A program made the position numbers and the translations under genes. A stretch of 24,339 nt of DNA from Archangiaceae bacterium (GTDB taxonomy: Bacteria; Myxococcota; Myxococcia; Myxococcales; Myxococcaceae), in the NCBI GenBank assembly GCA_043750125.1, contig JAYVCD010000100.1, forward strand, positions 1-24,339. Direction: 5' to 3'. The first letter of the stretch is position 1. Every line of letters starts with the position of its first letter. The notes under the pieces are model-generated. The model worked only from the letters and a program-made list of their open reading frames with translations, was not told the origin of the DNA and ran no database searches. Positions 18,820 through 24,339 of the stretch are shown here, in pieces.

Positions 18820-18852
18820 CCCAAGTCTCTCAAACCCAAACCAGGAACGACC

Positions 18853-19203
18853 ATGACCAAGAAACTCATTTCCGCCCTCGCAGTGGTAGCCCTCAGTGGC
18901 TGCGCTTCCATTCAGATTCCCCCCGAGCGACTCGAGCGCGCTCAAGCCAGCGAGCGCGGCGCTGAAGAGCTCGGCGCCTCGACCGTTCCAGCGGCCAAGC
19001 TTCACCTGCAGCTCGCCAAGGACCAGACCGAGACTGCCAAGCGCATGGCCGAAAGCGGCGATGAGCGCGCGATCCTCGTGATGGCTCGCGCCGAGTCCGA
19101 CGCCGAGCTGGCGCTGGTCCTCGCCCGCGAAGTCGCAACCCACCGTGACGCGATGCAGGCCTCTGAAGACCTCAAGGCCGTTCAGTCGCGAGGCGCACCG
19201 TAA
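18853..19203 (+). CDS. DUF4398-domain lipoprotein
   Basis: RBS AGGA, lipobox LSG|C, and the helical pattern AEELGA...AKLHLQLAKDQ...RAESDAELA. It lies directly upstream of an OmpA-family gene, the usual pairing. Confidence 0.85.
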   Translation: MTKKLISALAVVALSGCASIQIPPERLERAQASERGAEELGASTVPAAKLHLQLAKDQTETAKRMAESGDERAILVMARAESDAELALVLAREVATHRDAMQASEDLKAVQSRGAP

Positions 19204-19235
19204 TGACTGCCCTTCCTCTTTCCCGGAGATTCTCA

Positions 19236-20180
19236 ATGACTTCCAAGACAACGCTGATTGCTGGTTTTGCCCTTTCGGGCCTCGTGGGTTGCGCCACCGT
19301 CGCTCCGACTCAATTGGTCGAAGCGCGTGAGTCCTACGTGAAGTCCAACGCGGGCCTCGCGGCGAAGCTGACCCCCACCGAGCTGTACGACGCGAAGAAG
19401 ATTCTCGATAAGGCCAACGAATCTTTCGAGGCCCACGGCGACACCTGGGAAGCGCGGGACTACGCGTACATCGCGCACCGCAAGCTCGAGCTCGCCGACG
19501 CCAAGGCTCGCACCGAGCTCGACCGTCAGAAGATTGCCGAGGCCGTGAAGCTCGGGGTCAAGGTGCGCGACGCGCAGGTCAAGAACACCCAGGACGCTCT
19601 GACGTCGACCCGCGAGCAGCTGAAGGACGAGCGCCTCCAGTCCGCCGCGACGACCCAGGAGCTCCAGCGCGACAGCAAAGCCAAGAGCGAAGAATTGGCG
19701 AAGACCGCGGCCCAGCTCGAGGCCGAGAAGCAGGCTCGAATGACGGCCGAAGCGAAGCTGGCAGGCGCGATGAAGGACCTCGCCGCGATCGCCGCGGTGA
19801 AGGAAGAAGCGCGCGGGGTGGTCATCACCCTCTCAGGCAGCGTGTTGTTCGTCTCGGGCAAGTACGCCCTGCTGAACACGGCGCAGACCAAGCTCGACCA
19901 GGTCGCCGAGGCGCTCAAGGCCCAGGCGGACAACAAGCGGATCGTGGTCGAAGGCCACACCGACAGCCAGGGCAGCGACGCAACCAACCAGCCGCTGTCG
20001 CTCAACCGCGCCTCGGCCGTTCGCGACTACCTCGTCTCTCGCGGAGTTCCGCAAGAGAAGATCAGCGCCATCGGCCTGGGCTCGAGCCGCCCGCTGGTCG
20101 ACAACAAGTCGGCTGAGAATCGCGCCAACAACCGCCGGGTCGAAATCATCATCGGCAACGGCGCCGTCAGCGGTCTTTGA
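19236..20180 (+). CDS. OmpA-family lipoprotein (DUF4398-like N-terminus, coiled coil, OmpA C-terminal peptidoglycan-binding domain)
   Basis: GGAGA RBS before the ATG at 19236 and lipobox LVG|C. VLFVSGK, VEGHTDSQG, LSLNRASAV and NRRVEI. Confidence 0.93.
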   Translation: MTSKTTLIAGFALSGLVGCATVAPTQLVEARESYVKSNAGLAAKLTPTELYDAKKILDKANESFEAHGDTWEARDYAYIAHRKLELADAKARTELDRQKIAEAVKLGVKVRDAQVKNTQDALTSTREQLKDERLQSAATTQELQRDSKAKSEELAKTAAQLEAEKQARMTAEAKLAGAMKDLAAIAAVKEEARGVVITLSGSVLFVSGKYALLNTAQTKLDQVAEALKAQADNKRIVVEGHTDSQGSDATNQPLSLNRASAVRDYLVSRGVPQEKISAIGLGSSRPLVDNKSAENRANNRRVEIIIGNGAVSGL

Positions 20181-20207
20181 GCCAACCGGCATAGCATCGT
20201 CATCGCT

Positions 20208-20248
20208 GAAGGCCGGAGAGCTCACCCTCCGGCCTTCGTTTCTTTTTC
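20208..20248 (+). terminator. Intrinsic terminator-like hairpin
   Basis: Perfect 11-bp stem GAAGGCCGGAG (20208-18) / CTCCGGCCTTC (20227-37) with an 8-nt loop, followed by GTTTCTTTTTC. Confidence 0.75.
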
Positions 20249-20260
20249 AGGAGAGTGCTG

Positions 20261-20710
20261 ATGGCTGAAGTGTTCAGAAAGTTTGCGCACGCAATCGCGA
20301 ACATCGTCGGAACCGCAGGCACGTTCATCGTCGCGGTTCTGGTCATCGTCATTTGGGCTGGGACCGGCCCGATCTTCGGCTTCTCGGACACCTGGCAGCT
20401 GGTCATCAACACCGGCACCACCATCATTACCTTCCTGATGGTCTTCCTGATTCAGAACAGCCAGAACCGCGACGCCCGGGCCATTCATCTCAAGCTCGAC
20501 GAGCTGCTGCGCGCCGTCGGTGGCGCCCGCACCTCGATGGTCAACCTCGAATCGCTTTCGGACGCGAAGCTGCTCGAGCTTCAGCGCGAGTTCGAGAGAC
20601 TCCAGGCTGCCTACGGAATCGAAGCGATGCACGTGCAGCACATCGAGAATGAGCTCGAAGCCCGAAAGCGCGACCCGAAAAAGCGCGGGGCGAAGGCGCA
20701 CCTGCAGTGA
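20261..20710 (+). CDS. Low-affinity iron permease (Fet4-like) family protein
   Basis: Signature GPIFGFSDTWQLVINTGTTIITFLMVFLIQNSQNRDARAIHLKLDELL. RBS AGGAGAG; alternative GTG start at 20255. Confidence 0.92.
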   Translation: MAEVFRKFAHAIANIVGTAGTFIVAVLVIVIWAGTGPIFGFSDTWQLVINTGTTIITFLMVFLIQNSQNRDARAIHLKLDELLRAVGGARTSMVNLESLSDAKLLELQREFERLQAAYGIEAMHVQHIENELEARKRDPKKRGAKAHLQ

Positions 20711-20744
20711 GCGGTTTTCCACACCGGGCCGCCCGATGTTACCG

Positions 20745-21341
20745 CTAGCCCTTCTTCTTTCCCCGCCGCGAATGGATCACCCGAATCAGCAGCAGCGCAG
20801 CCAGCACCGCCGCGTAGATCAGGGGCTCGGTGTGGTCCTTCTTCACCCGCCAGTAGAAGTGCACCACCCCCAGCGCGGCGCAGAGGTACGCCAGCCGGTG
20901 CAGCTGCTTCCAGCGCACGAAACCCAGCTTCTTCACCGCCGCTTTCGTCGATGTCAGCGCGAGCGGAATCAACAACAGCCACGCGGCGAAACCGACGGTG
21001 ATGAACGGACGCTTGGCTACGTCTTCGAAGACTTCCCCCAGCGCCAGCTGCTGATCCAGCACCAGGTAGGTGAGGAAGTGCACCGTGGCGTACCCAAAAC
21101 CAATCAACCCCAGGGCTCGGCGAATTCGTACCGGCCACGTCCACTGGGTCAACAGCTGTACCGGAGTGCACGCCAGGCTCAACACCAGGAACACCAGCGC
21201 GCAAAACCCCAGCCGATTGAGCCCTTCGGAAATCGGATTGGCGCCCAGCGCGTCCTGGCTCGCGCGCAGCAGAACCGCGGCCAGCGGGACCACGCCCGAA
21301 GTCCACACGGCCGGCACCAGCCAGGGAAGGGGCTTAGCCAC
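20745..21341 (-). CDS. msrQ: Protein-methionine-sulfoxide reductase heme-binding subunit MsrQ (YedZ) family
   Basis: LGANP, SLACTP, RRALGL...YATVH, PLALTS and WKQLHRLAY...VVHFYW (heme His residues). The GTG start at 21341 overlaps the end of rpe. Confidence 0.88.
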   Translation of the reverse strand: MAKPLPWLVPAVWTSGVVPLAAVLLRASQDALGANPISEGLNRLGFCALVFLVLSLACTPVQLLTQWTWPVRIRRALGLIGFGYATVHFLTYLVLDQQLALGEVFEDVAKRPFITVGFAAWLLLIPLALTSTKAAVKKLGFVRWKQLHRLAYLCAALGVVHFYWRVKKDHTEPLIYAAVLAALLLIRVIHSRRGKKKG

Positions 21342-21990
21342 GCAGCGCAGCGATCGCCGCCGCGTAGTCGCGGGTGGTGAAGATCGCGTTGCCCGCGACG
21401 AGCACGTTCGCCCCGGCCTCGACCACCCGTCGCGCGGTGTCGGGGTTGATGCCTCCATCGACCTCGATGTCGACGTTCTGCAGCCCGCGCGCATCGAGCA
21501 TCGCCCGCAGCCGCCGCACCTTGTCGACCGTGGCGGGAATGAACGCCTGGCCTCCGAAGCCCGGGTTCACGCTCATCAGCAGCACCTGCTCGACTTCGCT
21601 CAACACCTCTTCAATCGCAGACAACGGCGTCGACGGGTTGAGCACCACCGACGGCCGCGCTCCCGCCGCGCGAATGTGCTGCAACGTCCGGTGCAGGTGG
21701 GGACACGTTTCCTGGTGCACGGTGATGGTCGCCGCGCCTGCCCTGGCGAAGTCGTCGATGTACTTCTCGGGCTCGACAATCATCAGGTGAACGTCCAGCG
21801 GGAGCTTCGTCGCGCGCTTGACCGCCGCGACCACCAACGGGCCGATGGTGATGTTGGGGACAAAGCGCCCGTCCATCACGTCCACGTGCACGTAATCTGC
21901 ACCGGCCGCTTCAATCGCCTTCACCTCTTCGGCCAGGCGCCCAAAATCGGCAGACAGAATCGACGGGGCGATCAGCAACCGGGCGGTCAT
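21334..21990 (-). CDS. rpe: Ribulose-phosphate 3-epimerase
   Basis: IAPSILSADF, HVDVMDGRFVPNITIG, DVHLMI, MSVNPGFGGQ, EVDGGI and LVAG. Confidence 0.98.
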   Translation of the reverse strand: MTARLLIAPSILSADFGRLAEEVKAIEAAGADYVHVDVMDGRFVPNITIGPLVVAAVKRATKLPLDVHLMIVEPEKYIDDFARAGAATITVHQETCPHLHRTLQHIRAAGARPSVVLNPSTPLSAIEEVLSEVEQVLLMSVNPGFGGQAFIPATVDKVRRLRAMLDARGLQNVDIEVDGGINPDTARRVVEAGANVLVAGNAIFTTRDYAAAIAALRG

Positions 21991-22832
21991 CGGCTCTTCC
22001 CTTCGGCCGCGAGCGCCCGAAACATCGCGCGCACATTGCCTTCACGACTGGCCGTGCCGGCGAGAAAACTCTTCAGGGTGTATTCGCTCAACGTCACTTT
22101 TCGGACCACGTCGTCTTCACTCAGCCCCTCGGCCCGGGCCTGGGCGACCTGGGTTCGAAGCGCGACGACGTAGTCGGCCAACAGCTGAACCTTCGCCCGG
22201 GTCATCACCTCTCCGTGACCGGGAACCGCCTGCTCGAAGTCGAGGGTCATCAGCTCGGGCAGCGTTCGGCTGAGCGCGAGAATGTCGCCCCCAAATTTCG
22301 TATCGCAGTACGGCTCGAACCCGTCGTTCACCAGGTCTCCGGCGATCAGCAACTTTCGCCCCGGAAGCAGCGCCACCAGATCGCCGTCGGTGTGTCCGCT
22401 GCCGATCGAGAGCACCCTCACCTCGTCGCCATCGAGCACCAGGCGAATCTCGCGCTCGACCTCGACGAAGGCCGCATGAACCCCTTCGGCCTCGAGCCTC
22501 TTTCGCGCGTTGGGGTGGACCATCACCACCGCCACCTCGGGAAACAGCTTCACCCCCCCGGCGTGATCGAAATGGGCGTGGGTCAGGACGATGCGCCGCA
22601 CCTTCCGACCCAATTCCAGCTCGACGTCGTTGCGCAACCGTCGGCTGAAGTTTCCGAACTTGGTGTCCACCACCAGCGCTTCCCCCCGCCCGTGGAGCAA
22701 CACCGTGACGTTGCTTCCTCCGCCCAGCAGCAGCTTCAGCCGTTCATCGAAGCTGCGCGGCGAGATGTGCAGGAACAAGCCCGTTCCACAGCCGGTCAGC
22801 AACGCACACAGCCCCATCACCAGCGCACGCAC
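21987..22832 (-). CDS. Metallo-beta-lactamase-fold hydrolase, probable lipoprotein
   Basis: LVVDT, THAHFDHAGG (HxHxDH), GHTDGD, AGDL and PGHG. The likely start is GTG 22832, giving MRALVMGLCALLTG|C (alternative ATG 22889). ATGA overlap with the rpe start. Confidence 0.88.
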   Translation of the reverse strand: MRALVMGLCALLTGCGTGLFLHISPRSFDERLKLLLGGGSNVTVLLHGRGEALVVDTKFGNFSRRLRNDVELELGRKVRRIVLTHAHFDHAGGVKLFPEVAVVMVHPNARKRLEAEGVHAAFVEVEREIRLVLDGDEVRVLSIGSGHTDGDLVALLPGRKLLIAGDLVNDGFEPYCDTKFGGDILALSRTLPELMTLDFEQAVPGHGEVMTRAKVQLLADYVVALRTQVAQARAEGLSEDDVVRKVTLSEYTLKSFLAGTASREGNVRAMFRALAAEGKSR

Positions 22833-22896
22833 ACCGACGTTGTGCGCGCCCGCGCGCTGCTTGTTTTGTCCAGACTGGAGCGGGAACATCGGCGCT

Positions 22897-24339
22897 GTGT
22901 CCTTGACCAAGACGGAACCCTCGTTGACTCCATTGCAGACGGCTCTAGGCCGGCTGGACAAGCTCAACTCTCTGCTCGACGTAGCCAAGGCGATGAACGC
23001 TGTTCGCGACCTGGGCTCATTGTTGACGCTCATCCTCCGGGAAGCCGCCCGCGTCGTCGAGGCAGATCGTTGCTCCTTGTTCATTCTCGACCGCGAAAGC
23101 AACGAGCTGTGGAGTCGGGTCGCCCAGGGCACCCAGAGCGAAATTCGCTTTCCCACCACCACCGGCATCGCCGGAGCCGTCGCCACCACCGGCCAGGTCG
23201 TCAACATCAGGGACGCCTACGCCGACGAGCGTTTCAACCGCGGCTTCGACATCACCAACCACTACCGCACCCAGTCGATCCTCTGCGTGCCGATGCGCGA
23301 CACGCGCGGTGAAATCACCGGCGTCATTCAGGCCCTCAACTCGAAAGACGGGGTGTTCGACTCGGAAGACGAAGAGCTGCTGTTGGCTTTGGGGGGCCAG
23401 GCGTCCGGCGCCGTCGAAAACACCCTGCTCCACGAGGAAATCAGCCGGCTGTTCGAGGGCTTCGTCGAGGCCTCGGTGGTCGCGATCGAGTCTCGCGACC
23501 CCAGCACCGCCGGCCACTCGGGCCGCGTCGCCGCGCTCACCGTCTGCCTCGCCCAGAGCACCGAAAATGCTCCCGGCGGTCCGTTCAAGGGGCTGCGCTT
23601 CTCGTCGACCGAAATTCAGGAAATCACCTACGCCTCGCTGCTGCACGACTTCGGGAAGGTCGGCGTCCGCGAAGCGGTGTTGATCAAAGCCGAGAAGCTC
23701 TACCCCGAACAAATCGACGCGCTGATGTCACGCTTCGAGCTGGCGCGAAAAGATCGGCAATTGCAAAGCTGCCTGCGGCGCCTCGAAGGCATCCGTTCCG
23801 GTCGGACCCTGGGCGCGGTCGAGGCCGAAGAGTCGCCCCGCTTGCTCCAAGACGAGCGCGAACTCGACGAGTTCCTCGAATTCATTCTCCAGTGCAACCG
23901 GCCGACGGTGCTCGCCCAGGGAGGCTTCGAGCGGCTCACTGGTTTGAGCCAGGTGTCATTTGAGGATTCACGCGCGCGGTCTCAGGGCCTGCTCACGCCG
24001 AAAGAAGTACAGGTGCTGTCGATTACCCGCGGCTCGTTGTCGGCCGACGAGCGGAAGGAAATTGAGTCGCACGTCACCCACACCTACCAATTCCTCTCGA
24101 AGATTCCGTGGACCCGCACCCTCAAGCGCGTGCCCGAGATCGCCTACGCCCACCACGAGAAGCTCGACGGGAAGGGCTACCCGCGGTCGGTTGCCGCCGA
24201 AAAGATTCCGGTGCAGTCGAAGATGATGGCGATTGCCGACATCTACGACGCGCTCACCGCCAGCGACCGGCCCTACAAGAAGGCGGTGCCCCACATCCAG
24301 GCGCTCGACATTCTCAAAAGCGAGTCCGACTTGGGTCTA
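22897..24339 (+). CDS. GAF + HD-GYP cyclic-dinucleotide phosphodiesterase; 3' end lies outside the window
   Basis: Hand translation from GTG 22897 stays open to the edge. GAF motifs ADRCSLFILD, GIAGAVATTG, DAYADERFN, SILCVPM, NSKDGVFDSEDE. HD-GYP motifs ESRDPSTAGHS, LLHDFGKVG, HHEKLDGKGYP, IADIYDALTASDRPYK. It is missing from the ORF track. Confidence 0.93.
   Translation, partial: MSLTKTEPSLTPLQTALGRLDKLNSLLDVAKAMNAVRDLGSLLTLILREAARVVEADRCSLFILDRESNELWSRVAQGTQSEIRFPTTTGIAGAVATTGQVVNIRDAYADERFNRGFDITNHYRTQSILCVPMRDTRGEITGVIQALNSKDGVFDSEDEELLLALGGQASGAVENTLLHEEISRLFEGFVEASVVAIESRDPSTAGHSGRVAALTVCLAQSTENAPGGPFKGLRFSSTEIQEITYASLLHDFGKVGVREAVLIKAEKLYPEQIDALMSRFELARKDRQLQSCLRRLEGIRSGRTLGAVEAEESPRLLQDERELDEFLEFILQCNRPTVLAQGGFERLTGLSQVSFEDSRARSQGLLTPKEVQVLSITRGSLSADERKEIESHVTHTYQFLSKIPWTRTLKRVPEIAYAHHEKLDGKGYPRSVAAEKIPVQSKMMAIADIYDALTASDRPYKKAVPHIQALDILKSESDLGL

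Noticed and set aside
18625-18852. Short G-poor tracts upstream of the lmo0937-like and DUF4398 genes
   Set aside because: They are ordinary unstructured C/T/A-rich leaders before RBSs. They are non-coding and give no evidence of G>A conversion.
21987-22832. MBL-fold gene as an antibiotic-resistance beta-lactamase
   Set aside because: HxHxDH with an AGDL Asp is the generic MBL hydrolase pattern, and the subclass B1 Cys ligand is absent. The housekeeping context gives no support.
22890-23207. N-terminal extension of the MBL ORF (406 aa in the track)
   Set aside because: It overlaps the GAF domain gene on the opposite strand, and a lipoprotein signal begins at about 22832.

Overview
GC-rich bacterial window, most likely from a myxobacterium (Myxococcota). 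That is an inference from two Hanks-type kinases, a sigma-54 activator, Cys-rich lipoproteins and a Gly/Ala-spacer surface protein. From left to right: a large secreted PPC/IPT-TIG surface protein running off the left edge (missed by the ORF track), coupled to an SDR; a divergent 721-aa lipoprotein with BPI/LBP-like motifs; a kinase-STAND-TPR protein; a GT4 fusion plus GH130 pair; an NtrC-family activator, histidine kinase, receiver and Ser/Thr kinase cassette; about 1 kb of collapsed, frameshifted gene remnants; a putative sigma-54 operon (Cys-rich lipoprotein, lmo0937-like, DUF4398, OmpA-like, then a Fet4-like permease); an MBL-rpe-msrQ operon; and a GAF/HD-GYP phosphodiesterase running off the right edge (also missed by the track). 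The most striking anomaly is a 59-nt G-free patch (13759-13817) in the NtrC gene. There the conserved LESELFGHxRGAFT motif is rewritten purely by G-to-A changes, meaning either strand-specific hypermutation or a base-calling artefact. Three candidate sigma-54 promoters suggest a local regulon. No rRNA, tRNA, CRISPR array or mobile element was seen. Family calls rest on motif recognition by eye; no database searches were run.
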